From positions 321 to 64,320 of the forward strand of contig JAZNYT010000010.1 in the NCBI GenBank assembly GCA_045594565.1: a stretch of 64,000 nucleotides of DNA. The letters run 5' to 3'. The notes beneath the pieces are model-generated. The model was given only the letters and a program-made list of their open reading frames with translations, ran no database searches and had not been told where the DNA came from. Shown here piece by piece: positions 26,848 to 37,889 of the stretch. The DNA is from Eubacteriales bacterium (lineage in GTDB: Bacteria > Bacillota > Clostridia > Oscillospirales > SIG627). Position 1 is the first letter of the stretch. Each line of letters opens with the position of its first letter. Made by a program: the position numbers and the translations under genes.

Positions 26848-26951
26848 TTTCCTCCTAATAATTAGTTTTAATTAAACTATACATGCTTTATCACGCGGCA
26901 CACTGAATTGTACCACGCAAATAAAAGCATCGGGCTTGTTGATGATAACTC

Positions 26952-27581
26952 TTATTTGGAGTACAATTCGACGATAAGGTTCTCCTGAATCTCAAAGTCA
27001 ACGTCTTCTCTTGCAGGAAGAGCAACTACCTTAGCGGTGAGATTTGTCTTGTTAACATCGAGCCACTGAGGATTCTTCTTATTGTCGATATTTTCGATAA
27101 GCGACTTGAACTTAGGAAGAGACTTGCTTGTTTCCTTAACTGCAATCTCGTCACCAAGCTTTACAAGCTGAGAAGGTATATTTGCCTTAACGCCGTTGAG
27201 AGTGAAGTGGCCGTGACGAACAAGCTGTCTTGCATCTCTTCTGCTTTCAGCAAATCCCATTCTGTAAACTACGTTGTCAAGTCTTCTTTCGATGAGCTTG
27301 AGAAGGTTTTCACCTGTCATACCCTCGGTTGCATTAGCCTTGTCATAGTAGTTTCTGAACTGCTTTTCAAGAACACCGTAGTATCTCTTTGCTTTCTGCT
27401 TTTCACGAAGCTGGAGACCGTAGTTCTTCATCATTCCTCTTCTGGCTGCACCGTGCTGACCGGGTATTGTGCTACGTCTTACGATGGCACACTTGTCGGT
27501 AAAGCATCTGTCACCCTTAAGGAACATCTTAACGCCTTCTCTGCGGCACTGTCTGCATGAAGGTCCTGTATATTTTGCCAT
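26952..27581 (-). CDS. rpsD: 30S ribosomal protein S4
   Basis: [26 protein letters not shown]...; 209 aa. Confidence 0.97.
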   Translation of the reverse strand: MAKYTGPSCRQCRREGVKMFLKGDRCFTDKCAIVRRSTIPGQHGAARRGMMKNYGLQLREKQKAKRYYGVLEKQFRNYYDKANATEGMTGENLLKLIERRLDNVVYRMGFAESRRDARQLVRHGHFTLNGVKANIPSQLVKLGDEIAVKETSKSLPKFKSLIENIDNKKNPQWLDVNKTNLTAKVVALPAREDVDFEIQENLIVELYSK

Positions 27582-27603
27582 AATCTTGCACCTCCTTCTT
27601 TAA

Positions 27604-28005
27604 TTATACACGTCTTCTCTTGGGAGGACGGCATCCGTTGTGCGGAATAGGTGTTACGTCTTTGATGAGTGTAATGTCAAGACCTGCTGTCTGAAGAGCT
27701 CTGATTGCAGATTCTCTTCCCTGACCGGGGCCTTTTACAAATACTTCAACAGTTTTGAGTCCGTGCTCCATTGCTGCTCTGGCTGCCTGTTCTGCTGCCA
27801 TCTGTGCTGCAAAGGGTGTGGACTTCTTTGAACCCTTGAAACCGAGTTCACCGGCTGATGCCCAAGAAAGAGCATTTCCGTCTACGTCAGTAAGAGTAAC
27901 GATTGTGTTATTGTAAGTGGAGCAGATATGTGCCGCGCCCTTTTCAATGTTCTTTCTCTCACGACGTCTTTTAACAGTCTTTTTAGCCTGTGCTTTTGCT
28001 GCCAT
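27604..28005 (-). CDS. rpsK: 30S ribosomal protein S11
   Basis: ...[30 protein letters not shown]...[16 protein letters not shown]. Confidence 0.97.
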   Translation of the reverse strand: MAAKAQAKKTVKRRRERKNIEKGAAHICSTYNNTIVTLTDVDGNALSWASAGELGFKGSKKSTPFAAQMAAEQAARAAMEHGLKTVEVFVKGPGQGRESAIRALQTAGLDITLIKDVTPIPHNGCRPPKRRRV

Positions 28006-28020
28006 TTAACTTGTCACTCC

Positions 28021-28389
28021 TTACTTCTTCTTATTCGCAATTGTCTTTGCGGGACCCTTACGTGTTCTTGCGTTGGTCTTTGTTCTCTGTCCTCTTACAG
28101 GAAGTCCCTTGCGGTGACGGATTCCTCTGTAACATCCGATATCTGTCATTGTCTTGATGTCATAAGCAATCTTTCTTCTGAGGTCACCTTCTACAACGTA
28201 ACCGTTTTCGAGAGCTTCACGAAGCTTTGCGAGTTCGTCGTCTGTAAGGTCCTTAACACGTGTGTCAGGGTTAATACCTGTTTCTGCAAGTATTTTGTTG
28301 GATGCTGTTCTTCCGATACCGAAAATGTATGTGAGACCAATCTCAACACGCTTTTCTCTCGGAATATCTACGCCTGCTAAACGAGCCAT
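28021..28389 (-). CDS. rpsM: 30S ribosomal protein S13
   Basis: [26 protein letters not shown]... Confidence 0.97.
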   Translation of the reverse strand: MARLAGVDIPREKRVEIGLTYIFGIGRTASNKILAETGINPDTRVKDLTDDELAKLREALENGYVVEGDLRRKIAYDIKTMTDIGCYRGIRHRKGLPVRGQRTKTNARTRKGPAKTIANKKK

Positions 28390-28405
28390 TTACTTTTCCC
28401 TCCAA

Positions 28406-28519
28406 TCAGCCTTGTTTCTGCTTATGCTTAGGATTTTCGCATATAACCATTACAACGCCTTTTCTTCTGATAATCTTGCATTTTTCGCAAATTTTTTTTA
28501 CAGAAGGCTTAACTTTCAT
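28406..28519 (-). CDS. rpmJ: 50S ribosomal protein L36
   Basis: Below the ORF-track size cut-off. My translation is [37 protein letters not shown] (37 aa, TGA stop), in the expected slot between infA and rpsM. Confidence 0.93.
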   Translation of the reverse strand: MKVKPSVKKICEKCKIIRRKGVVMVICENPKHKQKQG

Positions 28520-28565
28520 ATCATTAACCTCCATTGTGTTATGATTTTATTTAAGTTTTTTAGAA

Positions 28566-28787
28566 TTACAATCTTCTTGTAATTCTGCCCTTTGTGGTGT
28601 CGTATACCGAAATATCTACGAGTACACGGTCACCGGGTACGATTTTAATATAGTTCATTCGCATCTTGCCTGAAATGTGAGCAAGTATTACGAGTTCGTT
28701 TTGAAGCTTTACCTTGAAGCACGCGTTGGGGAGTGTTTCCACAACGAGTCCTTCAAACTCCATTACGTCTTCTTTTCCCATAATCAT
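28566..28787 (-). CDS. infA: translation initiation factor IF-1
   Basis: ...[52 protein letters not shown]... The true start may be the third codon (MGKEDV). Confidence 0.95.
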   Translation of the reverse strand: MIMGKEDVMEFEGLVVETLPNACFKVKLQNELVILAHISGKMRMNYIKIVPGDRVLVDISVYDTTKGRITRRL

Positions 28788-28809
28788 TCTCCTAATCGAA
28801 AAGTTGTGT

Positions 28810-29067
28810 TTAACTGTTCAAACTTTCTTTGATTGCACGGTAGAGCATTTTGTTCGTAACTGTCATATTTTCGACTGCACGTTTTTGACTCTCCGCTAAT
28901 TCTTTGTTCAAAAATTCAACATGCTTTGGCTTTTTGTGCTTCGGATTATCAAGCTTTCGCTGTCTGCCGTTAGCAAGAACGAGCATATCGCCTGCCTCTC
29001 CGATAACCGCCAGATACATTCCTTTATCTCTGCCCGAGGTCGACCTCACTATTTTTCCTACCGACAT
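28810..29067 (-). CDS. KOW-domain RNA-binding protein (small conserved protein between map and infA)
   Basis: ORF track 28810-29091. I prefer ATG 29067 ([23 protein letters not shown]...), which starts 1 nt after the map stop. Confidence 0.7.
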   Translation of the reverse strand: MSVGKIVRSTSGRDKGMYLAVIGEAGDMLVLANGRQRKLDNPKHKKPKHVEFLNKELAESQKRAVENMTVTNKMLYRAIKESLNS

Positions 29068-29068
29068 T

Positions 29069-29815
29069 TTATGCCTCTGTAAGAATCTCAACGCCCGTAT
29101 CCGTTATAAGTACGGTGTTTTCGTAGTGTGCCGCAAGCTTTCCGTCACAGGTTACGACTGTCCAGTCATTGTCAAGTGTTCTGACTTTATAGTCGCCCTG
29201 ACAAATCATAGGCTCAATCGCAACTGTCACTCCGCTGTAAAGCCTCGGACCTCGTCCTGCTCTTCCGTAGTTCGGAACGTCAGGCTCTTCGTGGAGATGT
29301 TCACCAACGCCGTGACCGATATAGTCTCTGACTACCGAGTATCCGTGACCCTCGGCAAAGGCTTGAATGCCTGCACCGATATCACCAACTCTGGATGAAT
29401 CCTTTATATTTTTGATACCCTCGAAAAAGCTCTGTCGTGTGACATCAATGAGCCTTGCGGCATCATCCGATATATCACCAACGGGGAAAGTGTTGGCACA
29501 GTCGCCATGGAAGCCTTCGAAGTACGCTCCGACGTCTACCTTGACGATGTCGCCCTCAAGCAATATCCTTGTTCCCGGAATTCCGTGTATCACTTCTTCG
29601 TTAACACTTATACAAGCTGATGCAGGAAAACCGTTGTAATTGAGGAACGAGGGTTTTGCTCCGCTCTGTTCGATAAAGCTTTTTATCTTTCGGTCAAGCT
29701 CGGCAGTGGTCATACCCGGCCTTATTGCCTCGCCTGCCATCTTCAATGCACCTGCCGTAATTCGGCAAGCTTTACGCATTTTATCAATGTCTTTTTGATT
29801 TTTTACGTTAATCAT
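29069..29815 (-). CDS. map: type I methionine aminopeptidase
   Basis: 248 aa. ...VIHGIPG...GDIVKVDVGAYFEGFHGD...GHGVGEHLHEEP...IEPM... Confidence 0.95.
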   Translation of the reverse strand: MINVKNQKDIDKMRKACRITAGALKMAGEAIRPGMTTAELDRKIKSFIEQSGAKPSFLNYNGFPASACISVNEEVIHGIPGTRILLEGDIVKVDVGAYFEGFHGDCANTFPVGDISDDAARLIDVTRQSFFEGIKNIKDSSRVGDIGAGIQAFAEGHGYSVVRDYIGHGVGEHLHEEPDVPNYGRAGRGPRLYSGVTVAIEPMICQGDYKVRTLDNDWTVVTCDGKLAAHYENTVLITDTGVEILTEA

Positions 29816-30447
29816 TTCAGATCCAGTGCTTTCATAGTAAGTGCAGTTGTGTCGGAAACTTCTTCTTGTCCAACTACATCACACAAAATGCCGCGATTTC
29901 TGTAAAACTCTTCAAGAGGCGCCGTCTGCTTGTGATAAACTTCAAGACGCTTCATAATTGTTTCAGGCATGTCGTCAGCACGCTGAGTAAGCTCTTTTCC
30001 GCAATTTGTGCAATGAACGCCGTCCTTTGAAGGATTATATACTACGTGGTAGGTTGCACCGCATTCGCTGCAAGAGCGTCTGCCTGCAAGTCTCTCGACA
30101 ATCTTACCGTCGGGTACGTAGATATTTATAACCTTGTCAATTTTGATGCCCATTTCGTCAAGAGCTTCAGCTTGAGCAATCGTTCGGGGGAACCCGTCAA
30201 GGATATATCCATTCTTGCAATCCGACTCTTGAAGCCTTGCAGTGAGTATATCAATAACGAGTTCATCGGGAACGAGTTGTCCGTTTTCGATATAGGATTG
30301 TGCCGAAACACCCAAAGGAGTCTTGTTTTTGATTGCTTCCCTTAAAATAACACCGGTTGATATTGTAGGAATACCTACTTTTGCTGCGACCAGCTCTGCT
30401 TGTGTTCCCTTTCCGGCACCGGGAGCGCCCAAAAATATTATTTTCAT
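29812..30447 (-). CDS. adk: adenylate kinase (zinc-lid type)
   Basis: ORF track extends to 30486. The start at ATG 30447 (MKIIFLGAPGAGKGTQ) is preceded by AAGGAAG. The lid has CSECG...CTNCG. Confidence 0.95.
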   Translation of the reverse strand: MKIIFLGAPGAGKGTQAELVAAKVGIPTISTGVILREAIKNKTPLGVSAQSYIENGQLVPDELVIDILTARLQESDCKNGYILDGFPRTIAQAEALDEMGIKIDKVINIYVPDGKIVERLAGRRSCSECGATYHVVYNPSKDGVHCTNCGKELTQRADDMPETIMKRLEVYHKQTAPLEEFYRNRGILCDVVGQEEVSDTTALTMKALDLK

Positions 30448-30478
30448 CTTTCTTCCTTTCTGCGTGTCGGACACTTTC

Positions 30479-31762
30479 TTAATCAAGAAATCCCTTATAG
30501 TTACGCATCATAAGCTGGCTTTCGATTTCTCTTACGGTTTCAAGAGCAACACCAACAACGATAAGAAGTGATGTACCACCGAATGAAATGTTTCCGAGAG
30601 AAGGAACAACCATTGCGAGAACCATGGGAAGAATAGCGATAACGCCAAGGAAGAGAGCACCGATGAGAGTTACACGGCTAAGAATCTTAGTGATGTAATC
30701 TGCAGTGGGCTTACCGGGACGGATACCGAGTACCACGCCGCCGTTGTTCTTGATGTTATTTGCAACTTCCACGGGATTGAAAGAAATTGCGAGATAGAAG
30801 TATGCAAAAGCGATAATGAGTACAAAGAGGATGATAGCGTAAACAGGTGAGGTATAACCTACCAGATTGAACGCCTTATACCAGAATGTACCTGCTTCGG
30901 GACGGAAGATAAGCTGAAGAGTAGCGGGGATAGAAACTATCGACTGAGCGAAGATGATAGGCATAACGCCTGACATATTCAACTTTATGGGAAGTGATGA
31001 GCTCTGTCCGCCGTACATCTTTCTGCCAACTACCTTCTTAGCATACTGTACGGGAATTCTTCTCTCGGATTCGGTAACGAATACTACGAAAGCAACAATC
31101 GCGATAACGAAGATTGCAGTAAGAATTGCTGCAACGATCTTGAAGATAATGCTTTCGGGCTTAAGAACGACACCGAGAATCATTGAGGGAAGACCTGCAA
31201 CGATATTCGCGAAAAGTATCATTGAGATACCGTTTCCGATACCGTGCTCATTGATTTTTTCAGCAAGCCACATTACAAGTGCGGCACCTGCTGTGTAGGT
31301 TGCAACGATAACGATACCTGCGAACGCACCTCTGTCGGTGAGAACGCCGTCGATTGAACGGAGCCATGCATAGTAGCCGTATGCAGTGATAACTGCAAGA
31401 ACTACTGTAAAGTATCTGGTCCATGTTTCAATCTTACGTCTACCCTCTTCGCCCTCTTTAGCGATACGCTCGAGAGCAGGGATAGCGATTGTTAAAAGCT
31501 GCATAATAATCTGTGCTGTGATATAGGGTGAAACGGAAAGAGCGAAGAGAGTACCTCTTGCAAATGCTTCACCTGAAAGAATGTTGAGGTACTGGAATAC
31601 CGAGCCCTCTGCCGACTTGAAGGTCGCCTGAAGGATACCGGAATCGAAGTACGGAACGGGGATAACGGAACCTAAACGGAAGAGTACAAGGATGATTACC
31701 GTGAAGATCATTTTTGATCTAAGGTCAGCAACCTTCCATGCATTCTTAAGGGTGGTAAACAT
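30479..31762 (-). CDS. secY: preprotein translocase subunit SecY
   Basis: 427 aa, 10 TM segments. ...NILSGEAFARGTLFALSVSPYITAQIIMQLL... Confidence 0.97.
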   Translation of the reverse strand: MFTTLKNAWKVADLRSKMIFTVIILVLFRLGSVIPVPYFDSGILQATFKSAEGSVFQYLNILSGEAFARGTLFALSVSPYITAQIIMQLLTIAIPALERIAKEGEEGRRKIETWTRYFTVVLAVITAYGYYAWLRSIDGVLTDRGAFAGIVIVATYTAGAALVMWLAEKINEHGIGNGISMILFANIVAGLPSMILGVVLKPESIIFKIVAAILTAIFVIAIVAFVVFVTESERRIPVQYAKKVVGRKMYGGQSSSLPIKLNMSGVMPIIFAQSIVSIPATLQLIFRPEAGTFWYKAFNLVGYTSPVYAIILFVLIIAFAYFYLAISFNPVEVANNIKNNGGVVLGIRPGKPTADYITKILSRVTLIGALFLGVIAILPMVLAMVVPSLGNISFGGTSLLIVVGVALETVREIESQLMMRNYKGFLD

Positions 31763-32206
31763 TTAGATCACCTCTGCTTTTCCGCCTGCGGCCTCAATTT
31801 TTTCTTTGGCTGCAGCTGAAAAGACAGTTGCCTTTACAGTAACCTTCTTGGTGAGTTCGCCACCGCCGAGAATTTTAAGACCGTCATATGCTTTCTTAAT
31901 AACCTTTGTGTCGAGAAGAGTTTCAATGCTGATCACGTCGCCGTCATTGTACTTATCAAGATCACCAACATTTATTATTGCATATTTAGTAGCAAATTTG
32001 CTATTGTCAAAACCTCTCTTAGGAAGTCTTCTGTACGCAGGAATCTGACCGCCTTCAAATCCGGGTCTTACTCCTCCGCCGGAGCGCGCATTCTGTCCTT
32101 TATGTCCCTTTCCGGCTGTCTTACCGTTGCCGGAACCGGCACCTCTGCCTTTACGCCAAGCGGGTGTAGCAGAACCGGGAGCGGGTGAAAGTTCATGAAG
32201 CTTCAT
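31763..32206 (-). CDS. rplO: 50S ribosomal protein L15
   Basis: The ORF track starts at TTG 32266, but that extension overlaps rpm[13 protein letters not shown]... from ATG 32206, preceded by AAAGGAGGAAAAG, is the conserved L15 N-terminus. Confidence 0.93.
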   Translation of the reverse strand: MKLHELSPAPGSATPAWRKGRGAGSGNGKTAGKGHKGQNARSGGGVRPGFEGGQIPAYRRLPKRGFDNSKFATKYAIINVGDLDKYNDGDVISIETLLDTKVIKKAYDGLKILGGGELTKKVTVKATVFSAAAKEKIEAAGGKAEVI

Positions 32207-32240
32207 ACTTTTCCTCCTTTGCTTTAATGAAATTAGTTTG

Positions 32241-32417
32241 TTAATCAGCCTGTTCAACCTTAACAAGATGCTTTATTACAAATATCTTGCCCTGCAAAGC
32301 CGGAGAGTCTTCAAGAACCTTTGAATCTCCGATTTTCTTCAATCCAAGAGAACCGGCAGTTTTAACCTGTTTGTCAAGTCTGCCTATGAGACTCTTTACA
32401 AGTGTAATCTTTACCAT
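32241..32417 (-). CDS. rpmD: 50S ribosomal protein L30
   Basis: Below the ORF-track cut-off. My translation is [58 protein letters not shown] (58 aa), in the expected slot between rpsE and rplO. Confidence 0.92.
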   Translation of the reverse strand: MVKITLVKSLIGRLDKQVKTAGSLGLKKIGDSKVLEDSPALQGKIFVIKHLVKVEQAD

Positions 32418-32428
32418 AATTTTTCTCC

Positions 32429-32932
32429 TTATTTCAGAATTTCTTCGGGCGTCTTATTTCTGATAGCTGCTACGTCTTCAACAGTTCTCAGGTTTCTAAG
32501 ACCTTCGAAGGTAGCCTTTACAACGTTTGTGGGGTTGTTGGATCTAAGGCACTTTGTTCTAACGTCCTTGATACCAGCCATCTCTACAACGCTTCTTACT
32601 TTACCGCCTGCAATGACACCGGTACCGGGTGCAGCGGGTTTGAGGAGGACTCTGCCTGCTCCGAACTCACCGATTATCTCGTGAGGAATTGTAGTTCCCT
32701 TGAGAGATACTTCGATGATATTCTTCTTGGCATCTTCCATACCTTTTCTTACAGCCTCGGGACGTTCTGCGGCTTTGCCGAGACCGTATCCTACGTGACC
32801 GTTTTCGTCTCCTACTACAACAAGAGCTGTGAACTTTCTTACACGACCGCCCTTAACTGTCTTGGAAACGCTCTTTACATCAACAACAACTTCTTTGAGA
32901 TCGAGTGTTGCGGGATCTATTTTACGAGCCAT
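32429..32932 (-). CDS. rpsE: 30S ribosomal protein S5
   Basis: The ORF track starts at 32959. The conserved N-terminus [30 protein letters not shown] begins at ATG 32932. Confidence 0.93.
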   Translation of the reverse strand: MARKIDPATLDLKEVVVDVKSVSKTVKGGRVRKFTALVVVGDENGHVGYGLGKAAERPEAVRKGMEDAKKNIIEVSLKGTTIPHEIIGEFGAGRVLLKPAAPGTGVIAGGKVRSVVEMAGIKDVRTKCLRSNNPTNVVKATFEGLRNLRTVEDVAAIRNKTPEEILK

Positions 32933-32959
32933 GAATGAATCCATTCCTTTCTTAAACAA

Positions 32960-33319
32960 TTAAAATTTCAAGCCGCCCTCACGCGCTGCTTCAGCAAGTG
33001 CCTGTACTCTTCCGTGATATACGTAACCGCCACGGTCAAATACTACTTCTGTGATGCCACGCTCGAGTGCTCTCTTAGCGATCATTGCGCCTACAGCCTT
33101 AGCTGCTTCCTTGTTTCCGCCGTAACCTTCAAATTCTTTATCAAGAGTTGAAGCAGAAAGAAGGGTTACGCCGTTTTCATCGTCAATAATCTGTGCGTAG
33201 ATGTTCGCATTGGAACGGTATACGTCAAGACGAGGTCTTGCAGTTGTTCCGGAAATCTTTGCACGAATTCTCTTATGTCTTCTAAGACGCTGTTTGTTAG
33301 TATCAACTTTACTAAACAT
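32960..33319 (-). CDS. rplR: 50S ribosomal protein L18
   Basis: ...[37 protein letters not shown]... Confidence 0.97.
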   Translation of the reverse strand: MFSKVDTNKQRLRRHKRIRAKISGTTARPRLDVYRSNANIYAQIIDDENGVTLLSASTLDKEFEGYGGNKEAAKAVGAMIAKRALERGITEVVFDRGGYVYHGRVQALAEAAREGGLKF

Positions 33320-33337
33320 TTAATCCCACTCCTTTCT

Positions 33338-33874
33338 TTATTTACCGGCTTTTCCGGCCTTGTGACGAATAACTTCGTCAGCGTACTTGATACCCTTGCC
33401 ATGATAAGGTTCGGGAGGTCTCTTGCCTCTGATTTCAGCTGCAACCTGACCTACGAGCTGCTTATCTGCACCGCTGATTACGAGCTTGTTGGGGGTAGTT
33501 GCCTCAATCTTGATACCTGCGGGTGCATCATACTTTACGTCGTGTGAATAACCGAGGTTCATAACGAGGGTGTTACCGTTCATCTGCGCTCTGTAACCGC
33601 CTTCACTGATTTCAAGCTCCTTCTGGTAGCCGTTTGTTACACCCTCAACCATATTGGCGATAAGTGTACGGGTAAGTCCGTGAAGTGAACGATTAAGTTT
33701 AGCATCGTCGGGACGAGCTACTGTGATTTCAGCAGCGCCGACTTCAACTATCATATTGCTGTGTACAGCCTGAGAAAGCTTTCCCTTGGGGCCTTCAACG
33801 GTAATAACACCGTTTGCGAAAGCTACCTTTACACCGGCAGGAATAGCGATTGGCTGCTTACCAATTCTTGACAT
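33338..33874 (-). CDS. rplF: 50S ribosomal protein L6
   Basis: MSRIGKQPIAIPAGVKV... Confidence 0.97.
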   Translation of the reverse strand: MSRIGKQPIAIPAGVKVAFANGVITVEGPKGKLSQAVHSNMIVEVGAAEITVARPDDAKLNRSLHGLTRTLIANMVEGVTNGYQKELEISEGGYRAQMNGNTLVMNLGYSHDVKYDAPAGIKIEATTPNKLVISGADKQLVGQVAAEIRGKRPPEPYHGKGIKYADEVIRHKAGKAGK

Positions 33875-33887
33875 AGTCTATTCCTCC

Positions 33888-34286
33888 TTACCAAACGTAT
33901 GCGAGCACTTCGCCGCCAACGTTTTCTTTTCTTGCTTTCTTGTCTGTCATAACTCCCTTAGGTGTTGAGAGAATAGCGATACCGAGACCTCTCATTACAC
34001 TGGGAATGTCCTCGCAGCTTGTGTAGATACGAAGACCGGGCTTGGACACACGGCGAAGACCTGAAATAATTCTTGTCTTACCGGGGCCATACTTGAGTGT
34101 TACCTTAATAACACCCTGCTTTGTGTCGTCGATAACCGTGTAGCTCTTGATGTAGCCTTCTTCGAGAAGAATCTCGGCGATGGCCTTCTTGATATTAGAG
34201 CAAGGGATATCAACAGTTTCGTGCTTTGCTGAGTTAGCGTTACGAATTCTTGTAAGCATATCAGCAATTGCGTCTGTGATTTGCAT
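33888..34286 (-). CDS. rpsH: 30S ribosomal protein S8
   Basis: [25 protein letters not shown]... Confidence 0.97.
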   Translation of the reverse strand: MQITDAIADMLTRIRNANSAKHETVDIPCSNIKKAIAEILLEEGYIKSYTVIDDTKQGVIKVTLKYGPGKTRIISGLRRVSKPGLRIYTSCEDIPSVMRGLGIAILSTPKGVMTDKKARKENVGGEVLAYVW

Positions 34287-34386
34287 CTTTTTTCCTCCTA
34301 TTCAGCAATCAGTTTGTTACTTGGCTTTGTGCCTTTCGCACTTAATATGCTCTAACCCAATCTTGCGATTGGATACGGCTATTACT

Positions 34387-34572
34387 TTACCAGCTTGCCT
34401 TTCTTACGCCGGGGATTTCACCCTTGTAAGCAAGTTCGCGGAAGCAGATACGGCAGATACCGTATTTACGAAGATAAGCATGAGGTCTGCCACAGATTTT
34501 GCATCTTGTGTATTCTCTTGTAGAGAACTTCTGCTTTCTCTGCTGCTTAATGATCATTGACTTCTTAGCCAT
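34387..34572 (-). CDS. rpsN: 30S ribosomal protein S14, type Z (zinc-binding, 61 aa)
   Basis: [46 protein letters not shown]... with a CxxC...CxxC motif. Confidence 0.96.
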   Translation of the reverse strand: MAKKSMIIKQQRKQKFSTREYTRCKICGRPHAYLRKYGICRICFRELAYKGEIPGVRKASW

Positions 34573-34585
34573 TTACTTATCCTCC

Positions 34586-35125
34586 TTACTTCTGAAAAGG
34601 GGCACCCATCAGAGCGAGGAAGTCACGTGCTTCTTCGTCTGTTTTGGAACTTGTAACGAATACAATGTCCATGCCTCTTATCTTGTCGATTTTTTCATAT
34701 TCGATTTCAGGGAATATGAGCTGTTCTTTGAGTCCGAGTGTGTAGTTTCCTCTGCCGTCGAAAGCGTTGGGGTTGATACCCTTGAAGTCACGAACTCTGG
34801 GAAGAGCGAGGTTGAAGAGTCTGTCTACGAACTCATACATTCTCTCGCCTCTGAGTGTAACCTTAGCACCAATCTTTGTGCCCTGACGGAGTTTGAAGTT
34901 TGCAACCGACTTCTTAGCAGTTGTAGGAACGGCTCTCTGACCGGTGATAGCTGAAAGGTCTTCGATAACGCTGTCAATTACCTTTGAGTTATCCTTAGCG
35001 TCGCCTGCGCCTACGTTGATTACTACCTTTTCAAGTCTGGGAATCTGCATAACACTTTTGTAGTTATACTTTTTCATAAGTTCGGGAGCAACTTCATTCT
35101 TATAAACTTCTGCAAGTCTTGCCAT
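34586..35125 (-). CDS. rplE: 50S ribosomal protein L5
   Basis: [39 protein letters not shown]... Confidence 0.97.
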   Translation of the reverse strand: MARLAEVYKNEVAPELMKKYNYKSVMQIPRLEKVVINVGAGDAKDNSKVIDSVIEDLSAITGQRAVPTTAKKSVANFKLRQGTKIGAKVTLRGERMYEFVDRLFNLALPRVRDFKGINPNAFDGRGNYTLGLKEQLIFPEIEYEKIDKIRGMDIVFVTSSKTDEEARDFLALMGAPFQK

Positions 35126-35143
35126 TCTGTTTGTCCTCCCTTA

Positions 35144-35461
35144 TTATAATGTCTCGCCGCATTTTGCACAAACGCGAACGCTCTTACCATCTTCGAGTTT
35201 CTTATGCTTAACTCTTGTAGCCTTGCCGCACTTTTCGCAGTAAAGCTGTACCTTTGAAGCGTACATAGCTCCCTCAACCTTGACGATGCTGCCTGCTTCG
35301 CCCTGACGACGAGGCTTAACGTGCTTTGTCACGATGTTAGCACCTTCAACGATTACCTTCTTTTCCTTGGGAGAAACTTCAAGTACCTTACCCTTTGTTC
35401 CTTTAGAGTTACCAGAAACAACGATTACGGTATCGTCTTTTCTTACATGAATCTTATTCAT
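35144..35461 (-). CDS. rplX: 50S ribosomal protein L24 (with C-terminal four-Cys knuckle)
   Basis: MNKIHVRKDDTVIVVSGNSKGTKGKVLEV... (KOW motif). The C-terminus is CEKCGKATRVKHKKLEDGKSVRVCAKCGETL. Confidence 0.96.
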   Translation of the reverse strand: MNKIHVRKDDTVIVVSGNSKGTKGKVLEVSPKEKKVIVEGANIVTKHVKPRRQGEAGSIVKVEGAMYASKVQLYCEKCGKATRVKHKKLEDGKSVRVCAKCGETL

Positions 35462-35474
35462 TTCTTTACCCCCA

Positions 35475-35843
35475 TTAAAGTACTTCGGGTGCCAAGGACA
35501 GAATCTTCATAAAGTCCTTTTCACGAAGCTCTCTTGCTACCGGGCCAAATATACGGGTACCCTTGGGTGTCTTGTCTTCCTTGATTACTACTGCTGCGTT
35601 TTCATCGAACTTGATGTAGGAGCCGTCATTTCTTCTGATTCCTTTAACGCTGCGTACGATAACCGCCTTAACAACTTCACCCTTCTTAACCGCACCGCCG
35701 GGAGCTGCTTTCTTTACAGATGCGACTACGATGTCGCCGATGTTGGCATAACGTCTGCCTGTACCGCCAAGCACACGGATGCACATCAATTCTTTAGCGC
35801 CGCTATTATCAGCGACTTTCATAAGTGTTTGTGTCTGTATCAC
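35475..35843 (-). CDS. rplN: 50S ribosomal protein L14
   Basis: [27 protein letters not shown]... Confidence 0.97.
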   Translation of the reverse strand: MIQTQTLMKVADNSGAKELMCIRVLGGTGRRYANIGDIVVASVKKAAPGGAVKKGEVVKAVIVRSVKGIRRNDGSYIKFDENAAVVIKEDKTPKGTRIFGPVARELREKDFMKILSLAPEVL

Positions 35844-35863
35844 TGTGTGTATCCTCCTTTGGC

Positions 35864-36118
35864 TTACTTAGCTTTCTCAATAATTTCCACGAGACGCCAG
35901 TTCTTATCCTTGGAAAGCGGTCTTGTTTCCATGATGAGTACCTTATCGCCTACACGGCATTCATTGTTTTCGTCATGAGCTTTGAATTTAACGGTTCTTC
36001 TTACTATCTTGTTGTAAAGAGAATGTTTTACGCTGGTTTCGATAGCAACAACGATGGTCTTGTCCATCTTATCGCTTACTACTTTACCTACACGTGTTTT
36101 TCTGAGTGATCTTTCCAT
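35864..36118 (-). CDS. rpsQ: 30S ribosomal protein S17
   Basis: ...[34 protein letters not shown]... Confidence 0.97.
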   Translation of the reverse strand: MERSLRKTRVGKVVSDKMDKTIVVAIETSVKHSLYNKIVRRTVKFKAHDENNECRVGDKVLIMETRPLSKDKNWRLVEIIEKAK

Positions 36119-36137
36119 TTTCTATTCTCCTTCCCGC

Positions 36138-36344
36138 TTAATTCTTACTGCTTTCAGCAAGTTCTTTCTCTCTGATAGCTGTCATAATTCTGGCAATATC
36201 CTTCTTTGTTTCAACTATCTTGTGAGGGTTATCAAGCTGATTGATAGCATGCTGGAAGCGGAGATGTAAGAGCGCGTCCTTCTTCTCGCGAAGTTCCGCG
36301 TTAAGCTCTTCGGTAGTCTTTTCTCTTATTTCAGTAATTTTCAT
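36138..36344 (-). CDS. rpmC: 50S ribosomal protein L29
   Basis: [43 protein letters not shown]... Confidence 0.96.
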   Translation of the reverse strand: MKITEIREKTTEELNAELREKKDALLHLRFQHAINQLDNPHKIVETKKDIARIMTAIREKELAESSKN

Positions 36345-36766
36345 TCTGCTACCTCCTCAGCTTCTTTCTTGATGAATTTACATTTAATGGGAAGCTTGTG
36401 TGTTGCAAGACGCATAGCTTCCTTTGCTACTTCCTCTGAAACGCCGTCCATCTCGAAGAGTACTCTTCCGGGCTTAACTACTGCTACCCAGTACTCAGGA
36501 GAACCTTTACCGGAACCCATTCGAGTTTCAGCAGGCTTTTCTGTTACAGGCTTATCGGGGAAAATCTTAATCCATACATTACCGCCACGCTTTGTGTAAC
36601 GGGTCATAGCGATACGGGCTGCCTCTATCTGGTTTGAGGTTACCCAAGCAGGCTCTTCTGCAACGAGACCGTAGCATCCGTAAGCAAGTGTGTTGCCTCT
36701 GTATGCACGTCCTGTGAGTCTGCCACGCTGCTGACGTCTGTATTTAACTCTCTTAGGCATTAACAT
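36341..36766 (-). CDS. rplP: 50S ribosomal protein L16
   Basis: [21 protein letters not shown]... Confidence 0.97.
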   Translation of the reverse strand: MLMPKRVKYRRQQRGRLTGRAYRGNTLAYGCYGLVAEEPAWVTSNQIEAARIAMTRYTKRGGNVWIKIFPDKPVTEKPAETRMGSGKGSPEYWVAVVKPGRVLFEMDGVSEEVAKEAMRLATHKLPIKCKFIKKEAEEVAE

Positions 36767-37469
36767 TTCTTTTTCCTCCTTCTCTGGAAGAACGTTCTCT
36801 ACGACGAGGTGCGGGCTTTTCTACATCTCTCTTAACAGATGTGCCAAGCACTTCACCCTTGTAGATCCATACCTTGATACCGATCTTACCGTAGGTTGTA
36901 TTTGCTTCTGCAAAACCGTAGTCGATGTCAGCACGGATTGTCTGAAGGGGTATTGTACCTTCATGATACTGCTCTGTACGAGCAATTTCCGCACCTGCAA
37001 GACGTCCGGATGCTGCAATCTTGATACCCTTTGCACCAAGCTTCATTGTTCTGCCGATGCACTGCTTCATTGCTCTTCTGAAAGCGATTCTTCTTTCAAG
37101 CTGGCTTGCGATGTTCTCTGCAACGAGCTGAGCGTTGAGGTCGGGGTTCTTGATTTCGTTTACGTTAACTGAAACAGGCTTGCCAAGGAAGGCTTCGATG
37201 TCCTGTCTGAGCTTTTCGATCTCAGCACCGCCCTTACCGATAACCATACCGGGCTTAGCACAGTGGATGAGAACCTTAACTCTGGCGCTATCTCTTTCGA
37301 TTTCAATCTTAGGTACGCCAGCAAGCTGGAGCTTGTTTTTGAGATACTTTCTTAATTTGTAATCGGATACGAGGGTGTCGCCGATGTTCTTGTCGCCAAG
37401 AAGCCATCTGGAATCCCAATCCTTGATTACGCCGACACGGAGTCCGTGAGGATTAACTTTCTGTCCCAT
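36753..37469 (-). CDS. rpsC: 30S ribosomal protein S3
   Basis: [22 protein letters not shown]... Confidence 0.97.
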   Translation of the reverse strand: MGQKVNPHGLRVGVIKDWDSRWLLGDKNIGDTLVSDYKLRKYLKNKLQLAGVPKIEIERDSARVKVLIHCAKPGMVIGKGGAEIEKLRQDIEAFLGKPVSVNVNEIKNPDLNAQLVAENIASQLERRIAFRRAMKQCIGRTMKLGAKGIKIAASGRLAGAEIARTEQYHEGTIPLQTIRADIDYGFAEANTTYGKIGIKVWIYKGEVLGTSVKRDVEKPAPRRRERSSREGGKRNVNA

Positions 37470-37493
37470 AAAACTGATTCAACCTCCCTTTCT

Positions 37494-37841
37494 TTAGTTT
37501 CTCTCTTTTACCACGAGGGTAATATGAGATGTTCTCTTTAAAATACGGTCTGCTCTGCCCTTTGCTCTCGGCATAATTCTCTTAAGTGTTCTGCCGGGGG
37601 TAGCAAAGCATTCAGCTACGTAGAGCTTATCCGCGCTCATACCGAAATTGTTTTCAGCATTTGCGATTGCTTCTTTTACTAATTTTGTTATATAAGGTGC
37701 AGCTGCCTTAGGTGTATTCTTCAATATACCAAGTGCAAGGCTTGCATCTTTGTCTCTGATAAGGTCGAGTACTATCATGACTTTTCTGGTGCTGATTCGC
37801 ACGTCACGACGGTATACCTTAGACACTGCTTGTTCTGCCAT
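37494..37841 (-). CDS. rplV: 50S ribosomal protein L22
   Basis: ...RDVRISTRKVMIVLDLIRDKDASLALGILKNTPKAAAP... Confidence 0.97.
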   Translation of the reverse strand: MAEQAVSKVYRRDVRISTRKVMIVLDLIRDKDASLALGILKNTPKAAAPYITKLVKEAIANAENNFGMSADKLYVAECFATPGRTLKRIMPRAKGRADRILKRTSHITLVVKERN

Positions 37842-37889
37842 GCAGATCCTCCTTTCGCGGCTTTAAGCTTGTTACCGCGTTTCCTTATT

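Noticed and set aside
32207-32266. N-terminal extension of the L15 ORF from a TTG start
   Set aside because: The extension overlaps the C-terminal coding region of rpmD (L30). The conserved L15 N-terminus MKLHEL begins at 32206 behind a strong RBS.
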